From Verrucomicrobiales bacterium (GTDB taxonomy: Bacteria; Verrucomicrobiota; Verrucomicrobiia; Verrucomicrobiales; V1-33): a DNA stretch of 64,000 bases. The notes beneath the pieces were generated by a model. The model saw only the letters and a list, made by a program, of their open reading frames with translations. It had not been told where the DNA came from and ran no database searches. A program made the position numbers and the translations under genes. This document shows, piece by piece, positions 49,048 to 59,215 of this stretch; within the stretch, counting starts at the first letter, position 1, and every line of letters begins with the position of its first letter. The stretch covers positions 25,216 to 89,215 of the forward strand of contig JANOAV010000150.1 in the NCBI GenBank assembly GCA_031411295.1. The letters are read 5' to 3'.

Positions 49048-49707
49048 ATGAATCTTACCAAACGAACAACCACCATGGATGACGACGACATTTCTATCCT
49101 GCTTTCTGAACCAGACCGGGGTTCACGAGGAGCAGCTTTTGAAGCAGCTGTGAAACGCTATTGGAAGCCTTTGAGGGCACATCTCAGAACCAAACTAGGA
49201 ATGCAGAACCCGGCCGATCAGGAGGACGTAATCAGCCAAGCTTTTCTCGAACTTCACAAATTAGCCGTTGAAGAACATGGCTTCGAACTGGACGGGCCTC
49301 CAGTAAGTGCTCTCCTTTATAAAATTGTAAGTCGCAGGGCGCTCGACCTGTATCGCAAACGCACCTCAGAGAATTTACGAATAACGAGTTACGAAGAATA
49401 TGTAATCAACGAAACGTTGCCAATACTTCGGGAGGAAGGCGCCGTCTTGGAATGGCAACAAATCTCAACAAGGGCAGAAATTATGGAATCCTTCTGGGCA
49501 GCACTCTCAGAGCTTCCTCCACAGCAAGAGGCTGCGGCCAGAGCCGTTGCCATGCTGTGTAATTCACGTTCAAGATTGAGCGCCGAAAACATTCGGGACG
49601 GCATGCAATATATTACAGGCAAGCCGCACACCATCTTGGCAGCAACATCCGCATGGAGAGCCGTGCGCACGAAATTCTCCGGTATTCTCGCCCTCCATAG
49701 GCGCTGA
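49048..49707 (+). CDS. ECF-type sigma-70 factor
   Basis: Region 2 AFEAAVKRY..DQEDVISQAFLEL..LLYKIVSRRALDLYRKR; region 4 ALSELPPQQ. Confidence 0.78.
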   Translation: MNLTKRTTTMDDDDISILLSEPDRGSRGAAFEAAVKRYWKPLRAHLRTKLGMQNPADQEDVISQAFLELHKLAVEEHGFELDGPPVSALLYKIVSRRALDLYRKRTSENLRITSYEEYVINETLPILREEGAVLEWQQISTRAEIMESFWAALSELPPQQEAAARAVAMLCNSRSRLSAENIRDGMQYITGKPHTILAATSAWRAVRTKFSGILALHRR

Positions 49708-49756
49708 CACACCATTTCCTTCCCTCCAATCTCCTAAACCTAATCCACTTTTCCCT

Positions 49757-50134
49757 ATGAGCCAACCTTTCACAGACCGTGCTATTGATGCACTAATTGC
49801 CGCTGCTCTGCGTCCCGGATTTTCGGTAGAGCCACCTACAGAAGACGAAATCAAAACGGCAATCTTCCAAGCCGAGCAAACCCCCGATTTACCTGACGAT
49901 GAAGCGATGTTCGTCCGTATTCAACAACGTATAAACCAAGGGATTCTTGGACTTAAGCGCCCCTCATCTCCATCACCTGCAGCACTGAACGATCAACTGG
50001 TGGCTATGAATCGAAAAAACGAGGACGACACGTTTTCCGATACCACCCAAACAGGCCTTGATGAAGCGCGGAAAAAAGCATTGGAGGAAATGATTCAAGA
50101 ACTCAAATCTGACAAGGAGGATACGACCCCATGA
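49757..50134 (+). CDS. Small acidic hypothetical protein (candidate anti-sigma)
   Basis: 125 aa between the sigma and the peptidase; overlaps the next gene (ATGA). Confidence 0.65.
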   Translation: MSQPFTDRAIDALIAAALRPGFSVEPPTEDEIKTAIFQAEQTPDLPDDEAMFVRIQQRINQGILGLKRPSSPSPAALNDQLVAMNRKNEDDTFSDTTQTGLDEARKKALEEMIQELKSDKEDTTP

Positions 50135-50913
50135 TCACCCCAGAAGAACGGCATGCGAGCGAGATTCTGGACGCATTGGAAATGCGGCGCACGCCAATTG
50201 ATGTGTTTGAAATTGCGCGTCGCGAGAACATCAAATTATGCCCTACCAAATCAGGATCTGATTTTTGTGGGCGCTTGGAATTTGTCCCCAGTTTAGAACG
50301 ATTTCTGTTGTATTACCCCGATCTTCCTGATGCTGAAAATAACCCTAGAGTTAGGTTTTCCGTGGGTCACGAATTAGGACACTTTTACATCGAATCCCAT
50401 AGAGAGCGACTCATGGCAGGACAGTCTCACTCTTCCAGCACTGGCTTTGTCTGCGACAAGCAAATGGAGATGCAGGCGGACGCATTTTCCGCAGGGATGA
50501 TTATTCCAGAACGAACTCTTAAGAACAAAATGAGCTTGCGCAAAGACGGAATCCTAACTTTGAAGGAGTTGCTAAGACTTGCCGAAGAATGCAGAGCCTC
50601 CCGTGAGAGTGCGGCTATCAGATATTCTAAATATGCCGAGGAGAACTGTATTGTTGTCGTGTCGAGAGAACAGAAAGTCCTATACGCATCGCCCTCCGAT
50701 GAAGCTGTGCATACAAAATTTCTTTTGAAGCGTGGCGCGCAAATTCCAAGTAATTCTGCTGCTCTGCGGGCGGGTATCGGGGAGATCTCTGAAAACGAAA
50801 TCGACGCCTCAGCTTGGGTTCCTTGGGCAAGAGTGCAGCGGCTCTCCGAGGAGTCTATCGCCCTAGGTTACGGCGGACTAACCCTGACGCTTTTGGCATA
50901 CGCAGACTCCTGA
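50131..50913 (+). CDS. ImmA/IrrE-family metallo-endopeptidase
   Basis: PIDVFEIA, RVRFSVGHELGH (HExxH), EMQADAFSAGMIIP, SRESAAIR. Confidence 0.92.
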   Translation: MITPEERHASEILDALEMRRTPIDVFEIARRENIKLCPTKSGSDFCGRLEFVPSLERFLLYYPDLPDAENNPRVRFSVGHELGHFYIESHRERLMAGQSHSSSTGFVCDKQMEMQADAFSAGMIIPERTLKNKMSLRKDGILTLKELLRLAEECRASRESAAIRYSKYAEENCIVVVSREQKVLYASPSDEAVHTKFLLKRGAQIPSNSAALRAGIGEISENEIDASAWVPWARVQRLSEESIALGYGGLTLTLLAYADS

Positions 50914-51018
50914 TCCACATCCGGATCTCCAGATTTTCACCGTTCTTCCGGTAGTTAAGGTGCTGCCATCGGGAGAACCATGTCCATAAGCACCGTTACC
51001 AACAAATAGAAGTATATT

Positions 51019-51357
51019 ATGAACAAACCCGACCAGAAAAACCCAGACGATCCACACATCGGAGACCACGAAGAATTTGAAGACATTGAAATTTGCTCCC
51101 GCGAGGGGCGCAAGCCTCGGTGCCTGCATAAGTTCCGCATCAAAATCGATGATCAATACCACATTGTCCCCGTCAGTTACATGACAGGCCAACAGCTTTT
51201 GGAACTAGCTGGAGCCTGCCATCCTGGCAAAACGAAACTGCGCCAAAAGTTCAGTGATGGCAAGGCAGTCACCATTGCTCCGGATCAGAAAGTTGATTTC
51301 ACCGCGCCTGGCGTGGAGTGCTTCTTCACCCTGCCCTGCGACCAAACTGACGGCTAA
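51019..51357 (+). CDS. Multi-ubiquitin-family ubiquitin-like protein (BubA-like)
   Basis: FRIKIDDQ..., MTGQQLLELAG, QKVDFTAPGVECFFTLP; ends DQTDG-stop. Confidence 0.85.
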   Translation: MNKPDQKNPDDPHIGDHEEFEDIEICSREGRKPRCLHKFRIKIDDQYHIVPVSYMTGQQLLELAGACHPGKTKLRQKFSDGKAVTIAPDQKVDFTAPGVECFFTLPCDQTDG

Positions 51358-51359
51358 CC

Positions 51360-51767
51360 ATGAGACGCGAGTTTCTCCTACCTCCAAAGGATGTGCTCCA
51401 TCTCGACTCGCTGGGGCTGCCATGGGAAACCATAGGCAGTCCCCAGCAGGGTGGCGGTTACGTTTTGATTCATAACTATCCAACGCCTCCAGGTTACAAT
51501 GTAGCCGTCGTGACAGTCGCTCTACGGATCGAGACGTTGTATCCAGATGTGCAGATCGACATGGCCTATTTTTATCCCGACCTTGTTCGGCTGGATGGGC
51601 GCGGGATCAGCGCTCTAGCAGCACAACCGATTGACGGTCAGACCTATCAACGATGGTCACGCCATCGGACAGCACAAAACCCATGGCGTCCGAGCATCGA
51701 CTGCCTAGCAACCCACCTTGGCCAAGTAGATGCTTGGTTAGAAAACGAACTTACAAGAATCTTATGA
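51360..51767 (+). CDS. Prokaryotic E2/UBC family protein (Prok-E2_E, BubB-like)
   Basis: GLPWET, YPTPPGYN, YPDVQIDMAYFYP, YQRWSRHR, WRP..D.LATHL. Confidence 0.85.
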   Translation: MRREFLLPPKDVLHLDSLGLPWETIGSPQQGGGYVLIHNYPTPPGYNVAVVTVALRIETLYPDVQIDMAYFYPDLVRLDGRGISALAAQPIDGQTYQRWSRHRTAQNPWRPSIDCLATHLGQVDAWLENELTRIL

Positions 51768-52972
51768 CACCTTCACTGCGCCTTACAGGCAAACAATACC
51801 TCAGCATTCGAGAAGGGCTTTCTGCTGGGAACAACACCGTGCATTTGCTGTGCGGGCAACGGAATCGCCCTGGGGCACCAATCTTGACCGCTCAAAGTGT
51901 GGTCGCTGAACCCTCAGGCCAGACGCTCATCTGTTCCACCAAAGAAATCCTGTCACACCCTTCGGCAATGGGATGGCTGAGATTCCATGATGACGGATCA
52001 TTGAGCGGTGGATTATTCGACCACACACCTTTCCCTTTCCAGAGGATTTCGGTCGCTGGGGATGAACTTAAATTTTTTGGCAGCGAATCCCATGAGCGTC
52101 ATCTAAACCCCGCTAATACACGCAACGTCCAAGCGTTTGGGGAAGGGACGATTCAGTGTTTGGGTGGCCTATCGTTCGCTGTTATTGGATGCTCAGGCTT
52201 GGGGTTTCCAACTGCGCAGGCGCTTGTTGGTCAAGGTGCAGGACGTGTGGTTCTAGTAGATCCAGAGACGATTGAAGACGTGAACCTCAATCGCCTCCCT
52301 GGAGCGACTATGAATGATGTAGGAAAATTGAAAGTGGAATTTCTCGCTCACTACCTTGGGAATTCGGCCTTCCAACCTGAGATCGTGCCCTTAGCCAGCT
52401 CCATCATGAACCAACAAGCGGCTCTGGAAGTGGCCGAGTGCGATGTGATCTTCGGATGTCTCGACAGCGTGGAGGCAAGGCATTTCCTCAATCGCCTAGC
52501 CGCTGCATACAACATCCCGTATTTTGATCTGGGCGTCCGGCTCCAATCCGATGGCAAGGGCGGTGTAACCGATGTTTGCGGCTCAGTTCATTATTTGCAA
52601 CCGGATGGCTCCAGCCTGCTGAGTCGTGGTGTTTACAACATGCTAGCAGTCCAAGATGAAAGCTTGCGAAGAACTGATCCAACAGAATTTGCCCGTCGCC
52701 TAGAGGAAAAATACGTCCGTGGCGCGAATCAAACGCGGCCTGCTGTGCTTCCACTCAATATGGCGTTAGCGGCTCAAGGGGTAATGGAGTTAATGGCGAG
52801 GCTCCACCCATTCCGCACGAAGCCAAACAACGCCTTTGCCGCCCAGTGTCTTACTTTCCGGCATGGGATGATTGATGCAGATGCAGAAGGTGAACCATGC
52901 CCTCTATTCTCTCCCCTATGTGGCCTGGGTGACACTCAACCCTTCCTCGGCTTGCCGAGCTTTACCTCATGA
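51764..52972 (+). CDS. ThiF/E1-like adenylyltransferase with degenerate N-terminal JAB-like region
   Basis: VIGCSGLG, DPETIEDVNLNR, KVE, FGCLDSVEARHFLN, PYFDLG, KYVRG...PAV; start ATG 51764 overlaps the E2 stop. Confidence 0.88.
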   Translation: MTPSLRLTGKQYLSIREGLSAGNNTVHLLCGQRNRPGAPILTAQSVVAEPSGQTLICSTKEILSHPSAMGWLRFHDDGSLSGGLFDHTPFPFQRISVAGDELKFFGSESHERHLNPANTRNVQAFGEGTIQCLGGLSFAVIGCSGLGFPTAQALVGQGAGRVVLVDPETIEDVNLNRLPGATMNDVGKLKVEFLAHYLGNSAFQPEIVPLASSIMNQQAALEVAECDVIFGCLDSVEARHFLNRLAAAYNIPYFDLGVRLQSDGKGGVTDVCGSVHYLQPDGSSLLSRGVYNMLAVQDESLRRTDPTEFARRLEEKYVRGANQTRPAVLPLNMALAAQGVMELMARLHPFRTKPNNAFAAQCLTFRHGMIDADAEGEPCPLFSPLCGLGDTQPFLGLPSFTS

Positions 52973-53307
52973 ACTGGCTACGTCGCACCATTTATCGCTG
53001 CTGGGATCGGATTCGCCATGGCCGGTTGATCAAGTTCAGTCATGTGGTGAAGTTACCCGCCAAATTGGATAACCATACTTGCTACATCGTTGGCCAGAAT
53101 GGAAATCATTGGCATGTCGCCATGATCTGCCCCTGTGGCTGCAAACAGACGCTTTTCATGAATCTGCTCTCGGACGAAGATCCGTTTTGGACATTCACAG
53201 AACATCGAGACGGAAGCGTTTCCCTTCACCCCTCCGTCTGGCGAAAGATCGGCTGTAGGAGTCACTTTTTTCTGAAAAAGGGACGTATTCACTGGTGTGA
53301 AGCCTAA
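52969..53307 (+). CDS. DUF6527 family protein
   Basis: CPCGC...SLHPSVWRKIGCRSHFFLKKGRIHW; ATGA overlap with the E1 gene. Confidence 0.82.
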   Translation: MNWLRRTIYRCWDRIRHGRLIKFSHVVKLPAKLDNHTCYIVGQNGNHWHVAMICPCGCKQTLFMNLLSDEDPFWTFTEHRDGSVSLHPSVWRKIGCRSHFFLKKGRIHWCEA

Positions 53308-54008
53308 CTACCTATCAGTCTCTCGATAAGTTTGATTTAAATCAGGCGTTTCAGCGATTGCTGAAATAGTGTGTTCTAGTAAAACTTCCAAGTCCTGCTT
53401 CGTGGACAGATTCAGCGGTTGCTGCTTTTTGAAGTTGGATTCGCTTAAAGTGAGGGTCCCTTGGCGAACGGATTCTCGACAGCGGGCGGATTTCATGCTG
53501 AAGGCACGTGCGAGGGATCGGCTGCGGACTTTGGTGGCTGAGGCGAAGCAGATCGACCAGCCGCGCGAAGTGCGGAACGGGGTGTAGCAATTGAAAGAGT
53601 ATTTGCACCAGCTTCCGGTAACGGAGGCTAACTAACTAACTACGGGGTGCTCTTGGCTCCGTATATTTCCCAAGAGTCGGCCCGGATTTGTGAGGGGCAG
53701 GACTTGGCGCTCCTGTGGGTGGACGAACCGAGGCAGGAGGTGGTCCTCTGTGCGGTTCCAAGACTCAATGGCTTTGCCTGTGAGCCGCACAAGGCGGAAA
53801 GCTCAGGTGCTTCCATTAGTCCATCGCGCAATAAAATTATTGCGCAAAAGTTTGATTGCGTGATTTTTACTATTTCCGCCAACTCCCGTTGTCAACGGAG
53901 GCTAACTTTGGGGTGCTCTTGACTTCACATGGTATTTCAACGATTGCTGAAATACCTAATTCTAGTGAAATTCACTCTTGCGCCTCCCTGATCCACATTC
54001 GGATGGCC

Positions 54009-55373
54009 TTACTCCTCGGACGTTCGACTCTGGGCAGATTGAAATTTCTGCCTCCAGAATTCGAGGCGCTCTTTGATGCGGATTTCCTGTCCGTTGCTGC
54101 TCGGCGTGTAGTAGGTGCGACCTTCCGGTAGATAGGCCTGAGGCACGAAGTTGTCCTCGAAATCGTGAGCATAGAGATATCCCTTCCCGATTCCCAGTTG
54201 CTCGGAGCCTTTGTAGTGGCCGTCCCGCAGATGTTTCGGCACCGGCAGGGTGCGACCTTCCTGCACGTCCTTGAGCGCGGCTCCGATGCCGGCATAGGCG
54301 CTGTTGCTCTTGGGGGCGGTGGCCAAATATACCGCCGCGTGAGCCAGCGGAATACGGGCCTCCGGCATGCCGACGAATTCCGCAGCTTGCTGGGCGGCTA
54401 CGGCCACGCGCAGCGCATTGCTATCCGCTAGTCCAATGTCCTCGCTGGCGCAGATCACGATGCGGCGGGCGATGAATCGGATGTCTTCTCCCGCATAGAG
54501 CATCTTCGCCAACCAGTAGAGCGTGGCGTCGGGATCACTTCCGCGCATGGATTTAATGAACGCGGAAATGGTATCATAGTGGGCGTCGCCATCGCCATCA
54601 TAGACCACGATTTTCTGCTGAATACTCTCGGCCGCCACGGCCTCGGTGAATTGAATGATGCCGTCGGCATCCGGTTCAGAAGTCAGCACGCCCAACTCCA
54701 GGGAGCCGAGGCACTTGCGGGCATCGCCATCGCTAATGGTGGCCAGGTGCGCGATGGCTCCCTCCGCGATATTTACCCGATATTCCCCCAGTCCACGTTC
54801 CTCATCCGCCAAGGTCAGCCGAATTAGCTTCGCGAGGTCTGCTGCACCCAGTGGTTCCAGTTGGAACACTTGAGCCCGGGAGACCAGTGGGCTGTTGAGA
54901 TAGAAGAATGGGTTGTGGGTGGTGGCACCGATGAAACGCACCGTGCCGCGCTCCAAATACGGCAGCAGCACATCCTGCTGTGCCTTGTTGAAACGATGAA
55001 TTTCGTCAACGAACAACGTGGTGGATCGTCCCCGCAGGCGCATGCGCTGGACGGCTTCCTCGGCGGCTTTGCGGATGTCCGCCACGTTGCTTTCCACTCC
55101 GCTAAGATTTACAAACTGGCTCTGCGTGCGCTGGGCAATGATCTGCGCCAGACTCGTCTTGCCCACGCCGGGGGGGCCGTAGAAGATGACGGCGGAGAAA
55201 CGATCCGCCTCGATCGCCCGGCGCAATAATTTCCCCGGCCCCAGAATGTGCTCCTGCCCCACGTATTCCTCCAGCGTGCGCGGGCGCATCCGGGCAGCCA
55301 GCGGCACCACGGGCTCGTGGCGCGTGCGGTCCGCAGGCTCGGCGGCATCATCTTCGGGGAGAAATAAATCCAT
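54009..55373 (-). CDS. rarA: Replication-associated recombination protein A
   Basis: PLAARMRP, GPPGVGKT, FVDEIHRFNKAQQD, HYDTISAFIKSMRGSD, ASEDIGLAD, PKSNS. Confidence 0.96.
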   Translation of the reverse strand: MDLFLPEDDAAEPADRTRHEPVVPLAARMRPRTLEEYVGQEHILGPGKLLRRAIEADRFSAVIFYGPPGVGKTSLAQIIAQRTQSQFVNLSGVESNVADIRKAAEEAVQRMRLRGRSTTLFVDEIHRFNKAQQDVLLPYLERGTVRFIGATTHNPFFYLNSPLVSRAQVFQLEPLGAADLAKLIRLTLADEERGLGEYRVNIAEGAIAHLATISDGDARKCLGSLELGVLTSEPDADGIIQFTEAVAAESIQQKIVVYDGDGDAHYDTISAFIKSMRGSDPDATLYWLAKMLYAGEDIRFIARRIVICASEDIGLADSNALRVAVAAQQAAEFVGMPEARIPLAHAAVYLATAPKSNSAYAGIGAALKDVQEGRTLPVPKHLRDGHYKGSEQLGIGKGYLYAHDFEDNFVPQAYLPEGRTYYTPSSNGQEIRIKERLEFWRQKFQSAQSRTSEE

Positions 55374-55396
55374 ACCCTGCCGACATACACGCAAAT

Positions 55397-56425
55397 CTAG
55401 GCCCCGCGCAAGACCCGCACGAGGGAATCGAACGGAGCCAAACGCCACCCCACGGATGCCTTTAGCAGCAACGGCCCGGCAGGCGAGAGCAGGGCGCGAT
55501 GGACGAGTTGCGCCCATTTCATGCGTGATCCAAAGGCTTTGGCGGTGGCGCGTTGGGCACTCGCAGTCGCCTCCGACCAGTCAATGCGGCCCTCGGCCCA
55601 AGCCACCAGAGAGGGGAGGGATCGAGCCGCCGCTTCAAACGCCATGCTCATGCCCGCTCCCGTAAATGGTGGGATCATTGCCTGACTATCGCCCAGCACG
55701 AACTCGCCAGAATTCGCCAGCGGCTGCCAGCCTAACGTGAAATGAGACACCCCGGTGATTGATTCCGGCTGCACCTCGGCCCGTAGCAAGCGCTCCGCAA
55801 TGGCGCTGAGACCAATGTCCTGCAAGCGTTGAGGCAGCAACGTCAATTTATTGCCGCCACCTCCCGTGGCTTTTGGCAGCAACGCGCAAACGTTCACGAG
55901 CCCGTCCTCCACCGCCGTCAGCCCCACATAACCACCGCGGCCCAGATGCATTTCCAAACCTGCGGTGAGCGGCAGGTTGCGATAGTGCGCCTTCAAGCCT
56001 AGCCAATTCCCGTCCGCCTGTTTCACTCGGCCCGCAGCCAGCACCCAACCGGCCTCCTTGGGTAAATCCAGCCGCTCCCCGCATCGAAGCTCCGCGCCCG
56101 CCTCAGTCGCCATCGTGGCCAACCGATCATCAAGACGGAACCTGGAGATCGCCCGGGCCGCGAGCGGCATTTGCCGATTGGCCACAGCGGCATTCCCCGC
56201 GAACCACGCGCAGACATCGTGCCGTGCAGCATCTGCGAGCGCGGGCGCAATGCCCAGCAACGCAAGGTCCTCATCTGTCACTCCCAAAATGAATTCCCCG
56301 CACACCCGATGGCGCGGATAACTTCCAGCCTCATGCACCACCACGGGCACTTCCTGCCGACGCAGCCCCAGCGCCAGCGCCAAGCCAGCCAAGCCGCCGC
56401 CGATAATGTGGACCGTTTGTTTCAT
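55397..56425 (-). CDS. NAD(P)/FAD-dependent oxidoreductase
   Basis: IIGGGLAG, PRHRVCGEF, ISRFRLD, GDSQAMIPPFTGAGMSMA. Confidence 0.88.
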   Translation of the reverse strand: MKQTVHIIGGGLAGLALALGLRRQEVPVVVHEAGSYPRHRVCGEFILGVTDEDLALLGIAPALADAARHDVCAWFAGNAAVANRQMPLAARAISRFRLDDRLATMATEAGAELRCGERLDLPKEAGWVLAAGRVKQADGNWLGLKAHYRNLPLTAGLEMHLGRGGYVGLTAVEDGLVNVCALLPKATGGGGNKLTLLPQRLQDIGLSAIAERLLRAEVQPESITGVSHFTLGWQPLANSGEFVLGDSQAMIPPFTGAGMSMAFEAAARSLPSLVAWAEGRIDWSEATASAQRATAKAFGSRMKWAQLVHRALLSPAGPLLLKASVGWRLAPFDSLVRVLRGA

Positions 56426-56496
56426 AACGAAATCAACGTGCAGAGAATCATTCGGGAGTCACGCAATTTCACCAAACTCCTCCCAACTGGCAGCGG

Positions 56497-57066
56497 CTAA
56501 GCGGGCAGCATTTCACTAGGCTCGTGGCAAGTCACCTGCCATTCACTCTGTTCTCCGCGGCCATCAGCCAGCAGGAAAGTTTGCGGACCGGGGCGGGCCG
56601 CAGCGGGTGCCGCCATCCCCGCGTATTCTGCCGCGTGCAGGCGATCACCCAATCGCTCACAGCACCCAGCCAAGGAGCGATGGCACTCGTTGAGTTCAGC
56701 TAAACCCACCCGGCCACTTGGGGCATGCGACAAGGCTTGTCGGAAATTTTCCAAGGCCTGGGCGTCACGGCCGTGGGCCTGATGAAACAGGCCCGCGCTC
56801 AAGCATACCTTCCAACCCAAATCGGGCGCTGGTTCCTGCAACTCAAAGAAACGTTCCCGCGCCTCCCGGATGAGGGATAGGGTGCGCCCGGAATCGCCTT
56901 GCCGATGGCGCAGTTGAGCCATTTGTAGTAACGCGTTGATCAGTCGGCGGCCCTGCGCATCATTCTGAAAACCCCACTGGCGGGCCGCAACCAACGTCCG
57001 GGCGGCGGTTTGCAATTCGGCTTCGGAGGGTGGCAGTGACTCGGCTGTGATAGTGAATAATGACAT
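56497..57066 (-). CDS. TPR-like hypothetical protein
   Basis: Helical repeats (GRDAQALENFRQAL, LAGCCERLG). Confidence 0.55.
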   Translation of the reverse strand: MSLFTITAESLPPSEAELQTAARTLVAARQWGFQNDAQGRRLINALLQMAQLRHRQGDSGRTLSLIREARERFFELQEPAPDLGWKVCLSAGLFHQAHGRDAQALENFRQALSHAPSGRVGLAELNECHRSLAGCCERLGDRLHAAEYAGMAAPAAARPGPQTFLLADGRGEQSEWQVTCHEPSEMLPA

Positions 57067-57127
57067 GCCCCACACGGTAATGGCACGCCCTCAAAACAGC
57101 AACATCATTGCCCAAAAAATTCCACGT

Positions 57128-58108
57128 TTACGAAGCGCAGCGTGGGCAGAGTTCAACCCAATGAAGTGGTGAAATTTCCTGATACGCCGGGCGCACCCGC
57201 ACCGATGCATCATCCGACTTCGCGCCATTGCGCAGGCAGAAACGACACCCCGTGGGCATCTCATGCAAGGGCGGCACACTACCTTCGATGGTCGTCAGTT
57301 TCGATTTCGGCACGCCATCCAGCAGGGGAATGGACCTCAGCAATCCCTTGGTGTAGGCATGCCGTGGCTGGGCGAACAATTCCCCCACTGGGGCTCGTTC
57401 CACGATGCGGCCCGCATACATCACCACCACCTCGTCACACATCTCTGCGATGACACCAAGATCATGCGTGATGAGCAGAATTCCCATGCCCATCTCCGCC
57501 TGCAACTCGCGCATTAAATCCAGGATCTGGGCCTGGACGGTTACATCCAGCGCCGTCGTGGGTTCGTCCGCTACTAGCAAGGAAGGTTTCAGTGCCAGCG
57601 CCATCGCGATCATAACCCGCTGGCGCATGCCGCCGGAAAGTTGGTGCGGATGTTCCCCCATCCGAATTTCGGGCGAGGGAATGCCGACTTTGCTGAGCAT
57701 CTCAATGGCACGTCTCGTGGCTTCGGAGGCGTAGCAGATTTTGTGCAGCGCATAAATCTCTGTGAGCTGTTTACCCACCGTTTGCACTGGGTTCAAGGCC
57801 GCCATTGGCTCCTGGAAAATCATGCTGATCTCCCGACCCCGCAGTTTCGACATTTGCGCCAGCGGCATGCTGGAAATTTCGCGACCCAGCAAGGAAACGC
57901 TGCCGCCGAGAATCTGACCGCTCGGCTGCGGCAGCAAGCGGGTGAGGGAAAACGCCGTGACCGATTTCCCACAGCCCGATTCTCCCACCAAGCCCACCGT
58001 CTTGCCTTTGGGCACCGCAAAGGAAATTCCGTCCACTGCACGCAGCAGACCATCGTCGGTGGTAAAGCCGACCGCCAGATCACGAACCTCTAGAAGCATT
58101 TCAGACAT
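57128..58108 (-). CDS. Oligopeptide/dipeptide ABC transporter ATP-binding protein (OppD/DppD-like)
   Basis: [39 protein letters not shown]. Confidence 0.94.
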   Translation of the reverse strand: MSEMLLEVRDLAVGFTTDDGLLRAVDGISFAVPKGKTVGLVGESGCGKSVTAFSLTRLLPQPSGQILGGSVSLLGREISSMPLAQMSKLRGREISMIFQEPMAALNPVQTVGKQLTEIYALHKICYASEATRRAIEMLSKVGIPSPEIRMGEHPHQLSGGMRQRVMIAMALALKPSLLVADEPTTALDVTVQAQILDLMRELQAEMGMGILLITHDLGVIAEMCDEVVVMYAGRIVERAPVGELFAQPRHAYTKGLLRSIPLLDGVPKSKLTTIEGSVPPLHEMPTGCRFCLRNGAKSDDASVRVRPAYQEISPLHWVELCPRCAS

Positions 58109-58159
58109 GTTCCCATTGTGGCGCTGGACCACGCCAATGCCAGTCGAAATTTCAGCTGA

Positions 58160-59215
58160 TTAGGCGCTAGCCGATTCTTCACTGACGGCCTCGGGAGCCC
58201 TGCGAGATTTGCCCGCAAACAACCGAATTGCGGTGCCGCAATACATGCAGCGGAACCACCGGAAAAGCAGCAAATGCAGCGCCAAGCTGGTGACATAGCC
58301 CACGCCGGGAATCAGGTGCGCCCGACTATTCTTAAAACAACGCTTGGAGAAAAACAGGTGACAACTACAGACGCGGCACCGGGCGTGATTGATGAACCAA
58401 AGATGCAGCAGGCCAACCACTGCCAATCCCCCAATCCAGATCATCGTCTCTCCAATCGGCCGGACTTCTGCGTCCCCATGAACATACGACAGATAGGGCA
58501 GAGCCACGCAGGACACCAACAATCCCAACCGCCAGCCAATGGCTAGCAAAGCACCGAGGATGGCTTTGAGCGGCCAGGGATAGAGCACGCCGCGCACGGT
58601 GGTGCGCGCCAGGGCTTGGCCCTTGGTCTGGGTAAGTTTGGCGGGGCCATTTTCCACCGATGAACTAGTGCGCTTGAGTGGTTCGATGCCCCGGCCACCT
58701 TCCGCATAGTCATCAAGCGTCTGAAATCTAGTGGATTCCACCCCTTTCCATTCATTCTGGGCTGCGGCAGTGGGCGCTCCCGAAAATGGGTCCGGCATCT
58801 GACGCGGCGTGGGCGCAGGGCCCGGAGGCGTGATTTTCGAAGCGGGCCGCCCCTCCGGTTTCGCATCGCGGGCTGGCTCAATGATCGCTTCGGGAATGTC
58901 GTCATCGCTCGTATCCACTTCCGCTTCAGGAATATCGTCGTGGCTCGTATCCACTTCAGCCTCGGGAATATCCTGTATCGCGATCGGCACCACCGTGGTT
59001 GCGGCCACTTTTTGGGCCGCTCTAATGAATAATTTCACGGCAATGATCCCCGGCACGATCGAAATTCTGCCCCGCTTTTTCCCCAGTAGCTCCAGATTCT
59101 TGGCCAAGATATTCGGCTCGGCATGGGCCAAGTCAGACACTTCGCGGACTCCCGCCTCATGGAACAGCGATGCTAGCTCAGAGTGGATGCCGGGAATTCG
59201 TTCAAGTGGTGACAT
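58160..59215 (-). CDS. DUF4332-like protein with membrane segment and Cys cluster
   Basis: LERIPGI...LFHEAGV..VSDLA (HhH-like), DIPEAEVDTS repeat, two TM helices, CRVC and CMYC. Confidence 0.65.
   Translation of the reverse strand: MSPLERIPGIHSELASLFHEAGVREVSDLAHAEPNILAKNLELLGKKRGRISIVPGIIAVKLFIRAAQKVAATTVVPIAIQDIPEAEVDTSHDDIPEAEVDTSDDDIPEAIIEPARDAKPEGRPASKITPPGPAPTPRQMPDPFSGAPTAAAQNEWKGVESTRFQTLDDYAEGGRGIEPLKRTSSSVENGPAKLTQTKGQALARTTVRGVLYPWPLKAILGALLAIGWRLGLLVSCVALPYLSYVHGDAEVRPIGETMIWIGGLAVVGLLHLWFINHARCRVCSCHLFFSKRCFKNSRAHLIPGVGYVTSLALHLLLFRWFRCMYCGTAIRLFAGKSRRAPEAVSEESASA

Noticed and set aside
53308..53496. Fic/RecG-type C-terminal wHTH remnant
   Set aside because: Only faint resemblance (LLEHTI...NQTYR); cannot be supported.
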